NCBI RefSeq assembly: GCF_006345805.1
Contig: NW_021825821.1
Location: 1-64,000, forward strand
Length of the DNA stretch: 64,000 nt
Direction of reading: 5' to 3'
Origin: Octopus sinensis
Lineage: Eukaryota
Made by a program: the position numbers and the translations under genes. The first letter of the stretch is position 1, and every line of letters starts with the position of its first letter. Positions 44,598 to 56,482 of this stretch are shown piece by piece. The notes beneath the pieces are model-generated. The model worked only from the letters and a program-made list of their open reading frames with translations. It had not been told where the DNA came from and ran no database searches.

Positions 44598-45719
44598 TTT
44601 TCTTTTAAGAAATGTTTTTTGGTTAAAAATATTTTCAGTTATATTTAGTTGGTAGATTCTCGCTGTTTCGCCTTTCTGTTACAGCATTTTGTAGTTTCAT
44701 TCAACTATCTTAGGGTTGTAATTCATGTAGACCTTTTTTAATATAACTTGAATTTTGGAAAAAAATAAGAGATATAAAAATAACAATATAGCATTAAACG
44801 TCACAAACGACATTTGCCTCTGGCTTTTCGAGGTTGCGCCAGGCCAGCTTGTTCTTAATGATTACCGCAAAAACTAATGTTACAGAATTCATACAAATGG
44901 ACTTGTAAAAACACAAAAAGAGGAAAACCAGGAAATTTGAGCGCGTCAGTTCAAAGAGGACAATTTAAGAAGGATAAGTTGAGGAAAACAGAAAGCGAAT
45001 TTGTTGATTGCTTTTAACAAATTTACTGAGTGTTGTTTCGTGGTGAGGCTTCTTCGATGATTTTGTTTATAAAATTTTGTTTCAATACGCAACTGTTATT
45101 ATTTTTGAGCACATCCAAATTTCTTAGTCCTCGAGTGAATCAATGAGTGAATCAATTTTCAGATTTTCCCCGCTGAAAGCTGCAATTCTGCGATTTTGGC
45201 AAAGTGCCATTTTTTGTTTTAATTACTCGCAGAATACCCGACCTCCTTGAACAGTTAGTCGATTGTTTTTGCAAACTTTTAAGAAATTGAAGGAGTATTA
45301 ATTCGTTTTTGAAAGAAATTGAGGCAAGTCCTCTTCCAAGAGTTTTGCGATCCAAATACAACTTCTTATTTGCAACTTTTTCTATAAATAAAATAGCATT
45401 TAAAAGTCAAAAAATTTATTTTATTTATCAATTAAAAAAATTAATAGCTAATTTTCCCTCCAATATTACATTTTTGCCTCAATTTCTTCCAGAAGTTCAT
45501 TTTATAAACATAATATTGATTAAGTACTTCGGGACATAGACTGAATAATATATTTTCTAGAATATTTATTATATTCATCGTGTCTTTGATGTTGTGATTC
45601 ACAATTTCATTGAAAAAATCCTAGAACAAAATAGTCTCATTTCTACAACTAGGTTTTCAATATTTAATTTTTTAATGAATGAATTTTTGTTTTGTTTATA
45701 TTTATCAAGAACAAATAAA

Positions 45720-46600
45720 TAGTTCGTCTTCCTCGCCTTCGAAACCTCTGAAATCGTCGGCAAGGCGGCGACTCAGCTCCTATCGTTGGTAGGATCAAAG
45801 ATCTCGTCGAAAAAACAACCGGATGGAGACGAGCTGGCTTTGGGTCGCTTTGCTCCGCAGAAACTGCCAGGTGTTAGAGAGGTGATCCCTATGCTCGTGA
45901 CAAACACCTTTGATTTACTTTTGTATTTCTTTGTATTATTCATTAAAAATAAATAGTTTTACAAGTATAAAATAGTTTCATAAATAGTTCCACAAGTAGG
46001 GGGAATGCTTATTATCGGATAGCAAGGGCTTTACTCCTGACTATACTTAGGAAGACTCACTCGGCAGTAACCCTGAGTCGCCAGTAACCCTCTTCAACAG
46101 TGACCCGATTTTTCAGAATAGGTTCCGATTAAAAGATCCCTGTATTCCAGACTGCCAGTCTCGACTGTCAGGAAATAAACACTCTGCCATTCCAAAAATA
46201 AGAATCGCGCTTTGGCCTCTTCGGATTGGATTCTGTGACTTTCGAGTAATTCTTTTATGTTCTGGACATCCCAGACCAGACATTTTTTCCTTTGAAAAGA
46301 AAAAATCGTCATCCCATCTGGTCTTCTGCCGTCCTCGGCAAAAATCCTTGTAGGTTCTAGCTTTACGTGGAATCCGGAATTAAGAAGTGACTGAGAAAGC
46401 ATCCAATTCCGTGACGACATGAGGAGTGATAATCAAGCTCATATGTTTGGGCAATACGGGTAAACCAATCATCACAGTGGCAACCAGCTGTTTCAAAAAA
46501 TAAAATTTTGGCCAAGCACGGCATAGAGGCAAACTTCTCATTTTTAAGCATGCCAGCTATCCCTAATCTATGCGTTCGTTCAATTCTTCGTACGCTTTGT
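45720..46600. mobile_element. CRE-like RLE remnants on both strands
   Basis: Plus strand FVFLAFETS...GKAA; minus strand LEPTRIFAEDGRRPDGMT...LVWDV. Confidence 0.65.
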
Positions 46601-46799
46601 CGTTGATGAACGATGTTCATTAAGATTGGCGAGTTGTATTTGATAAAATAAGCAGTGCCGGTTTTTTCCAAATGGTAAGGTTTACTAATTTGAATCTTTA
46701 TGGAATTTTTTTACTAATTTTGTAGACAGATATTTATTTCTTTTTAATTCGTATCCAAAAATTTATTTGAAAAGTCCAGATAAAATTGATTTTTAATTA

Positions 46800-47170
46800 T
46801 TGCGTCTGCTTTCAGTCGATTCTCCTCCTCTTCGAGCCCGGGCAAGTGTCTTCGACGGGTACACTTATCCATTTTACAGGACAGGCCACTTTTGTGGTTG
46901 TTCTCAAGTCCGATTTAACTGCATGATTCGCCGCTGTAGGAAGGAGTTTATACTCCGGGCGCATGCTTTCCAATGTTCTCTTGATCACGATTGACTGGAT
47001 ATAAGCTCGCGTAGATTCCTGGACTTGTAAAGAGTTCTGGTAGTGTTTATAGAATCTGGATGTTATTCCATCCCACGTAATAACCAACGGTATGACATTC
47101 ACCTTTGCATTATGGATTACCTTCAATTCGTTCGCCAAAAGGTCATATTTATGTAATTTCTCTACTTCTA
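46800..47170 (-). mobile_element. RLE-type LINE 3' end
   Basis: KLHKYDLLANEL...VIPLVITWDGITSRFYKHY. Confidence 0.85.
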
Positions 47171-47356
47171 CATGCTTCCTTTTTAATTCGTATATAGTAA
47201 TACAAATAAATCATATCAATTTTCAGATAAATTGATTATTTATTTTATTAAGAGCTAGATAACTCAAATTACAAATATCAATAACGCAACGCGAGTTCAT
47301 AAAGTATTTAACGAAATCAATAAAACTATTAAAAAGCAGGCAATCAAAAATAAAAA

Positions 47357-47875
47357 TTATTTTTTGAGAAGCCAATCAATGCTGAAATCTGGAGGATCGT
47401 CTAAAAAAGTTTATATTAGTTAAATCACCTTTTTTGACATTTCTTAAATGTCCATCTAATAGAAATGTAAAATTACTTTTAAAAACCATTCAAATTTGGA
47501 ATTACATGATAAATTCGTTTTTCTTCTGGTATTAACGTATTTAACAAATAAGCTGTGTATGTTCGAGATTTATCAAGAACATCTAAATAAAATCATTTTC
47601 AAATAAATCAAACAAATGTTATGGTAGTCAGGATCACTGAAATAGTCGTTTCGTATTACGCAGTAATTATTTCTTTGAAAATCCCAATCATTTTGAAAGT
47701 GATGCTCACTTCGATTAAACCCACTGCGATTCCATCCGCCAAAGTAAGACTGTCTTGAATCATTTCTCAAATTTTTATGGGTACTGAAATAGCTGTGCAT
47801 GTTGCTCTGTTTGTACATATCTGCTTCTGATTTTATCGTTTGGATCTTATACCTGAATTGCCCTCGTTTTGGCAT
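47357..47875 (-). CDS. Hypothetical orphan protein (~140 aa, four exons)
   Basis: The 100-codon ORF extends in frame through three GT-AG introns of ~28-31 nt to ...DDPPDFSIDWLLKK*. Confidence 0.45.
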
Positions 47876-48472
47876 TTACATGGAATTCTCATACAATTAC
47901 AGTTAGGGTTAACTCCTGCCATTTTTGTACGTCAAAGTCTAAATAATGTTGGCAGTATTTATAGTCGGATTGGGCCGTTTCGACTTAATAAAGTCGGCAT
48001 TTCAAACAAAGTCTAGAATTTTCTTACTCTGAATGAAAAATCAAAGGAAAAAGACTGGCATTGACGGCTAGCTTAATTTTATTGTAAGAAAACATCTTTT
48101 TAAATAATCTTTTTTTGAAGGAAGCGGACTTTAGTTTATTTTATTGTTTATTTGGGAAAACTGGTGAATAAATAAACAAAAAAATTAGATTTTAGACTAA
48201 ATTGAAATAATAATTAATGATTTTATAAAATGATAATAAATCTGATACTTTTACATCGTTTAAAACGCGTGTTTATATTATTAGCAATACCCAATGTCAT
48301 TGGTCATGAACAAACATGGTTTTGAGGTCCTAATCAAGGACAACCGGCAATATTAAAAATGCTGGAATGGTATTTATTGACTGTTTGCATTCATTACACT
48401 AATTTTAATATTATTTATTGAATCGCTGCCAATTTGGTTATGTTTGATGAAATAAATAGCTAGTGAATTTGA

Positions 48473-48625
48473 ACCAGCCTCAGCCAAGCATGACTACCCG
48501 CTGAACTAAGCATATCATTAAGCTGAGGAAAAGAAACCAACCGGGATTCTCGTAGTAATGGCGAATGAATTGAGAATAGTCCATCGCTGAATCGTAGTTC
48601 AACTACGAACTGTGGAGTTTGTGGT
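48473..48625 (+). pseudogene. 28S rDNA pseudogene, 5' terminal segment
   Basis: GACTACCCGCTGAAC-TAAGCATATCATTAAGCTGAGGAAAAGAAAC...GTAGTAATGGCGAATGAA is the LSU 5' core. Confidence 0.9.
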
Positions 48626-48629
48626 GCTA

Positions 48630-49620
48630 TTAGGAAATGTATACAGTACCAAATTCTATCAAACGGGACTTCCCAGAAAAAATGAAATGGCTGTAGTAAC
48701 TGTCCATATAACACATCTAACAACCTTAACTCAATTTATTGCAGATAGTTTCAACAACTTCAAAAGAACTATACTTGTGTCGGTTGATTTCACTAAGGCC
48801 TTTGATCGCACTTCGAGCCCGTTCTGAGTAACAAAATTGCAATGACCGATATCCCAGGAACCCTAAAACGCTGGCTAACAACTTTTTTATTGGGCCGCTT
48901 AGGCCAAACAGGAATCAAGTCGAATTTTCGATACCTACTCAATAGAGTTTTCCAAGGCTCAGTGCTATCACCAGCTCTCTTCAACCTCCACTTAAGTGAC
49001 GCACCAGTCACCAAGAACACCTTACTACTTTCATACGCAGACGACATAATCATTGCATCAAGAGATACCAATCTATCAACGGCCACAAACCATTCACAGT
49101 CTCATCTGGATTCCAATGCTGTCTGGTTTACCATTAACTACATCTCACCATCTAAATCGACTGCAACGCTTTTCACGACGAAAAAACGTGAACTCAGTCA
49201 TGAACCCTCACCCTTAAGACAAAAAAAGATCGGCTCTAATATACAATTTTATCTCTACGAGGGCCATCTGGAGACTATCTCCAAACCGAATACTCTAAGA
49301 ACCTTCCCCAGAAATCGCTGAATCAGAATCAATACTGCCAAGAAAGAAACGTGTGACTCTCGCAAGACTTCGCTGCGGACATCACCCCTGCTTTGGACGC
49401 GATTTCATGGGAAAAACCAGACATAAGGCCCTGACACGTGTATAATCTCTACCCGATCTCAGTCCACCACTTTTTTTCATATCCCGGACTACCGGAAATT
49501 TTGCTATCTCGCGCAGCGCTTCGGAATCTCTGGGAGCAATCAGCCCAGGCTGTGTGTCGCTTAATAGCCGCCAGGTTCCTGCATGTCGGGAAGTTCAGGG
49601 CTACTAACTAATTAACTAAC
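48630..49620 (+). mobile_element. Degenerate 5'-truncated I/Jockey-group LINE inserted in the 28S D1 region
   Basis: VDFTKAFD, QGSVLSPALFN, YADD, a C-terminal LW..AQA remnant and a TAAC-repeat tail. Confidence 0.8.
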
Positions 49621-50210
49621 TGTGTACGGATTCCTGAAAGCATCTTTAGAGTCGGTTTGCTTGTGAGTGCAGGTTTAAATGGATGGAAAGCTTCACTAAT
49701 AAATGCACGAGTTCAATAGCAAACAAGTACTGTGAGGGAAAGTTGAAAAGAATTTTTAAGAAAAGGGTTAAAAGTGCGTGAAACAGGAAACTATCAGCAT
49801 TCTATCAAAACCACAAACGGGGTAACGGGCCCATAACAATCAGCGGGGAAAGAAGACCATGTTGAGCTTGGACTCTAGATTGGCATTATTGTAGGATATT
49901 GGAATATAGTAATTGGTGGGAGCTGTTCTGCAGTGTCAATGTAAAATTACTCAGTCATCTTCTTATTGATTCAGTAATACCGTGTTTCCTTAATGGGAAA
50001 GTTTGCAGTTTAAGGCCCGTTTTTGGTCGATCGGATTAATACAGCGTCATTTGGGGAGTATTGCTGGGCAGCAAATCTGCTAAACAATAACGCAGATGTC
50101 CAAAGGTGAGCTCAGGTGGAACAGAAATCTACCATAGCGCGAAAGAATAAAAGCTCGCCTTATTTGCATGTTCAGTACGCATGCAAGGCACGAAAGCGTA
50201 ACAGGTTGTT
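49621..50210 (+). pseudogene. 28S rDNA pseudogene continued, with a large internal deletion near 49788
   Basis: AACAAGTACTGTGAGGGAAAGTTGAAAAG (after D1) joined to AAACCAC...ATCAGCGGGGAAAGAAGACC.TGTTGAGCTTG and TAACGCAGATGTCCAAAGGTGAGCTCAG (3' half core). Confidence 0.9.
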
Positions 50211-50521
50211 AGCTTTTGCAATTTTTTTGAATGATGACCAAAACTATGATATATTGCATTATTTCCAAGTGGTCACTTTTTTTCTGCATTTTAAATAAAA
50301 ATTTGTAATCAATTTATCGTTGTTGCATTTTCCTACATCTTATCTAGAAAATAAATAATACGTGACATACAAATATTTTTTATCTTAAATATTTATATGT
50401 ATATTTTAATAAATGTGATTTATTATTTATTTTATATCACGTGTTTGTTGTGTTATGTCCGTCCCGTTAGTTCCTTTTTCATTATATCTGAATATAAATT
50501 ATTTTTATCTCGCTATATTAA

Positions 50522-51028
50522 TTGAAATACTAAATTAAATTAATTATATATACTTTTAGAACTCAAGCCTGTACATTTTCTGGTTTCAAGATTTATCCAG
50601 GACATGGGCGAACGAATATTCGCCGTGACGGAAAAACTCTTCATTTTATCACTGCAAAGACATTTGGAACTTACAAGCAGAATTCCAAGCCTCATAACAT
50701 TCGTTGGACCGTGTTCTACCGCAGGAAACACAATAAGACAAAAATAAAATCTGAAAGTAGGAACAAGTCGAGAAAAACTACGAAATTTACACGTCCGATA
50801 CTGGGGATGGGGCTGGCTGAGATTTTAGCCAAAACGCAGAAGAGAACGCAAATCAAAGAAGCAGCCAACGCTAAGGCCGCAAAGTAATATTTTATTCTTT
50901 GATTTAGAATTGCCACTGAACGTAAAAAACTTAGGGAGACTTCTCGTCCGAAGGTCCAAAGTCATCCGATGAAGACTCAGAATATGCCAAAGGCTGCCAA
51001 GGTTCCAACTAAGAAAAAATTTCATTAA
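50522..51028 (+). pseudogene. RPL24: Ribosomal protein eL24, probable pseudogene
   Basis: CTFSGFKIYPGHG...RDGKLF, then a 1-nt frameshift near 50640, then IRWTVFYRRKH...LAEILAK. One 24-nt intron is retained; no intact ATG or first donor was found. Confidence 0.75.
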
Positions 51029-51893
51029 TAAATTAATCATTTTTTCCTTGTAATACAATTTTTTTCTTTTAAATGGGAAATTCCTTGTTAATTAATTATC
51101 AAAAACTTATGAAATAATAATTTTTTCCGTTAGTATCGAAATTACAAAATCTTTATGATCTTGTTTCCTCTTTTTTCCTATTTTTCATTTAAATGTTGGA
51201 CATTTTTGTCGTTTTGCCAAAAAATGAGCAAGTCTTCTTAAAAAATATGTTTCATGTGATTTATGGGAACTGTATGACCTGGAAGCCTTCAATATCGTTG
51301 ATCCGTGCAATGGCAATTAACCTCGAGTCTTTCAATCTGATTTGAAAACTGTCTTCAAATCTCTTTTTTTCTATCGGAAAATTCATAACAAGGCTTTCCT
51401 AAAGAAAACCCTCTAAATTTCCTAAAACCTGCCCATAGAAGTCGTGAATCGTTCTCAGTTTTTGTTCTAGGAATACCTAATCAGATTTCTGATAATAAAA
51501 ATAGCTCGAGAAGTTCAAAAACATTAATAAATGCATATTTTCCAAATTGATTTATAATATTCATTGAGATCGAAGTCAAATTTTTTAATGTATTTGATCC
51601 AACATACTATAAAAAGGTAATATAGTTAATCTGGTTTGAATTTTGTCTAAAAATCGATTCTAATATAATTGAAAAGTTACATTGATAAAAATGGAAAGAA
51701 ATGCACTCTGAATAACAGTTACTTTTAAAATACCAATCTTTCAGCGAAATTGCCATATATTACATTTAAAATTTGGTAAAAATGAATTCAATTTGATTAT
51801 TGTCATACATAATGTCGGAAAAAGGAAAGAGTATAGTAATTATTAGATGTAGCCAAAATATATAATAATAACATAAATAAGTATAATACGATG

Positions 51894-54331
51894 TTAAAAA
51901 ATATCCGGGCACATCGACCAATCCTGATTCATTTTGGCATTCCAATATCCTCCTTTGTAGAGAAACATAAATTCATCAGTGATTTTATTTCTCCTTCTCG
52001 AAAACCAAACGGGCTGGTATGCACGCTTATCGGATTCTTCCCTTTTCTTCTGAGCAGCTCTCTGCTTGTCCTCCAAAGCCATTTTGATTTCATTGGCCAA
52101 TCTCCACTCGCCTACCTCAAGGTGGCGCTGATCAGGTCTATTCCTACTGTCCGTAGTTGCAACCAAATCGTCTGGCTCATTCAACTCAGCGGTGAAGCGA
52201 GAATAATTATAACACTTGGAGTTCTCCTCCCTGCCAACATTGTAAACTAGACTAAACGGTATTGGTTGACATTTCCACAGTAGGGAAGGAGAGGATAGCG
52301 TTCCATTCTCATGATGAACAGTAGCATTCAGGAAATTGTCCCAACTCCCATGCAGTGAAGTCTTTAACTTTCCTTCCGAATCACATATTGCTCCCGTAAC
52401 CTATTACATAATCAAACTAGCACACCAGTCGAGGACTTTTGGGGGAAAAGTAGCTGTAACTGTGAAAGTTGACTTTGCAATAATCTCCCGTCGTGTGGTT
52501 CCTGACTTCGATAGCTCCGTGGTTATCAACCCAAAGCTTCCCAACCACAATATTATGGATTGTAGTAGCCACGCGACACCACGAGTATTGATTTCCACTT
52601 GTCTTGACTGTGAGTAGGCATTTCCCTGAGATGACAGTCAGTGACTATACCAGTTGGGACTATCCTTATGTACTTTCCACGGAATTTACTGGTCACTGTC
52701 ATCTCATGTTCATACCTCCACTTTACCGAATCCGTTTGCTGAGCCATCGTGGGCGGATGGTGACTCACCTAAACACTTCAATGTAATTAAACCTGTTCGG
52801 CGATAGTCCGCCAGCCTCGATCGCTCAAAGAATCGAATTCAAATGTCTCTCCCAACATGGGATTAAATGGCTTGGCAATTCTATGTTTGGTTGTCGAATA
52901 TGCCGAGATGATGAAGGCGCAAACGTAGGCCATCTCATCAAACCGATTTTCGCTATTGGCAGCCAAGTCAAGAAGGTGGTAATTCTCCATTTCCTCCGTG
53001 ATTCTCTGCAAAAACGAGAGTGGTTCACTAAAATTGACCTTTTACTGTTAGCTAAATTTAAATTACAGGAACTGGCATTTTTGTAAGTTCTCTTCCCAAA
53101 CACTTTTTTAAAATCCCCCACAAATCAATCGAAATGTCCGGCCTGTCTGGAATCCGGGACCTCCTTTTGTAATTTACGAGATTTCCTGCTGCAATAACTT
53201 GGTGAATGTCTTCTTGATTTGTTTTAGCAGTTTCAACGGGTATCACTGTATTTGTGGAAATGGTCGATTTTGCTGACATAGAAAAAAATACATCTTCAGA
53301 GTCTTCCTTGGCACTGAAATATTCTTCATCGTTCGACACCTCCTCTTCATCGTCACTTTGGACAATTTTGACACAACTCAAATGATTCGGGGTCGACATC
53401 TTTTGACCTAAATTCCTTAGTAAATCATTATCAACCAGAAATTGCCAATCTTTCTTCCAATATGTTCTGACGTTGGGCAAATCTGTCGATTACGTCGGAT
53501 AAATGACTTGTGTACTCCTTTTCTTTCTTTACTAATTCCTTACACTCATTTGTCACACGTTCCATTAGTTCTGAACAACCTTTCACTAACTAAAAAATTA
53601 AATCAAAAATCAATATAAAAATACAGAAATCATTTTTTCAACCGAAACTTGCAACTGACGTCCATTGTTGGCTACTGCTTCAGACTGTGCCGTCGCAGAG
53701 AGCGGAATTCCCCTGTAAATGACTCAATTCGACTACATTGAAATAGTAGGGAGTCGGGGACTCAGGATAGCCCAGCCAATTATTATGTTGGCGTACTTGT
53801 CCACCTCATCTCTGCACTTTTTCAGGTCAAAGAGAACTGACGAGACTTCTTTGAGGTCTTTGGTAAAATTTAGGCAGTCTTCGCCACCCAAACTTGACTG
53901 TTGAGAAATATTGTCAGTTTTTTGGTCAGTATCACCTGCTAAGTTTTTGGTGTTTTTTTACTTTCAAATGAAGGATGTTTTGATATTTGGAGAGCTTTAT
54001 GCCAGCAATCTCGGTCTTTGGTGGAGAAAGCCTTGAGCCAAATCGGGTTAAGTCCTGGAGAAACGATTTTTAGCGAATGTGTCCCTTCGGCAGTGATAAA
54101 GCAGTCGAAATGTTCACAGAACCCCGACACATGTGAAAAGTGTCTGCTTCATTGCTGTAAATGTGAGTTTTGGGTTGGTTCTAACAGGTAATAGTAGAAA
54201 TATCCGTTCTTCAGTACAAACCAACGAAGCTGATATCCTCGAACGTAATTAGTCCACTTAAATAACCATCCCTTCTCAGTAATAGAGTCCACTGGCAAAC
54301 GAGTGACAATATTTTGATTATTTTTTGCCAT
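51894..54331 (-). CDS. OSBP: Oxysterol-binding protein (PH domain, FFAT-like motif, ORD)
   Basis: KGWLFKWTNYVRGYQLRWFVL; DEEYFSAKE; KPFNPMLGETFE; EQV-SHHPP; WSMCPDIF*. Confidence 0.92.
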
Positions 54332-56482
54332 TTTAACTTAATTCTGTAAGAATTAACTTTACTATTTAATGCGCACACACTGGATGACTATATCTTGAAA
54401 TGAATATTTATTTATAATTTATCGAAAAAACAAAAAAATAAAAATATCTAAAACATATTATTGTCTAACCATGTTTCAAATAGTGTCCCTAGGGTTGTTT
54501 GGAATTTCATACTAGAGAATTTAAATTCTAAATTTGGAGATAAAATCTCTTTGTCCGAATATAGAAAGTTGGAATATTCCCTTAAAAGGCAACTATTTTC
54601 TGCTAATGTAGATGAGCCTAACAAAACGGGTGATTTCTCATCTAGTGGGTGTGATGCAGAACCGTTCGCTTGCTGCAAGCTAATGTTTGTGCAACAATTA
54701 AAGGAAATATTGTCTATCGATCATTCCCTCCAACCGTGTACAAAAAGATTCCACATTCCAAATTGAACCTCTCTTTATTGGAGTGTCTTAATCGTGTGGT
54801 AGATGTGTATATTAATGAGAATCCATTTAATTCACTGGACCAAATTTCGACATTAGTCTATGTTGGACAAGTGTGGTATCAAATATTGAGTATAAAAATT
54901 CTAAAAAGTCCAATTAGACTATTAATATGGAGGGAAAAATTAAGCAGTGAAGAATGAGGCTAGGTCATATCGAAAAGTTCTTTGCAAAATTACTCACGAC
55001 TGAAAAAAACCACTTGCTTGCCATGCATTATCCCTCGTTGGATATAAAAAGAAAAATTCTGGAGAAAGGGCAAGAATAATTTGCTTAATAAAGGAAAAAA
55101 TCATGATGATTGAAAATAGGTTATCTACGCACGAGACAAGAAATGAATTCCGACTAGATAATCAAAAATTTGAGCTTAATCGGAAGCATTTTACAGCTGA
55201 TTGAAGGGAGGCAAGACTGAAAACTTTATCCAAGTGGATAGTGAAGAGTGTGGAACATATTCAAAGAATTTGTTGCGGAAAAAACAGTTGAGTGGTCAGA
55301 TTATAGAGATTGAGAAGAGAATGACTTGAATAGAAGGCGTAACAGTCCAAGTCTCGAAATGTTTGTTAGAAGATCGTTAAATATTTGCCAAATCGGAAAG
55401 CTCCAGGCTGCGATGGTATGTATAATTTCTTTTTGAAGAAGTTCACATCACTTCATGAGTCAAATTCGAACAGATGCTGAATTTCATAAATGGAGAAACC
55501 ACTACAGGAGATTGTTTTTACACAGGGGTGACACATCTTATTCCGAAGTGTGAAAATCCGGTGTCCCTAAAAGAGTTACGGCCTATAACATGTATGCCGT
55601 GTCTCTATAACATGGGGATCCTGCAGGGGGATAGTTTGTCCCCCATGCTATTTGTCCTTGTATTAGACCCGCAGGTCTCTATAGTGCAAGGAAATCAGGG
55701 CACGTTATTTATGATAAATCACCTTCTCTATCGATGACTTGAAACTTGTCTCGAAAAGTGAGGATGTGGAGCAAATCTGGAAAAATCAGCCACGAATACC
55801 CCATTTTTATCAGCTGAAACAAAAGTTATTGATGAACTTGATGGATATAAGTATCTAGGAGTACTTGAGAGTTCAGCTAGAAAAATTCAAAAATCGGACA
55901 TGCTGAAAATAATTCTTGGAGATATAACCACGCAAATTGAAAGGTTGACAAATACAAAATTGAATGGAGTGAACCTGTTAAAACCAATTAATGAACACAC
56001 TCTCTCATTGTACAACTATTACATTGGATTAGTCGATATTGATTCATTTGAATATGAAATGGTGGACGATACAACCCGGGCAAAATTAATAGAATACAAG
56101 ATGCACCTTCGACCGGCGAACATGCAGAGATTATATCTCCCCGTAACAGTTTTGGAAAAGAATTGATTTCTCTCTAAGTGAACATATGCTTTTTAGATTC
56201 CTTACGGACCTAAAAAACCAAAGTAATGTCTGCAAAAGAAGCTTTTCGATTCTTCAGGCCGAAGTACGGGAAAAACTCATCTGGCCACTATTGAAGAATA
56301 ATTGAAGCATAAATATTTACTTGGAGAATCAGTTTTACTTAACAAAAACCAGTGGTTGGTGCTCAGAACAGGTAACTACTGAACCAGATTTTTTAAATGT
56401 CTTTATTCCATCCTACAAAAAAAGAATTTTAATAATTCTAGTCACTGGCTAGCCAAAGACAATAACTTCCTACTGTCTGGAG

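Noticed and set aside
44880-45015. Peptide QFKKDKLRKTES resembling a WH2/thymosin motif
   Set aside because: I found no convincing start or splice model, and a short basic motif is easily matched by chance.
48473-50210. Functional 28S rRNA gene
   Set aside because: It is interrupted by a LINE, has large deletions, and has no adjacent 18S or 5.8S.
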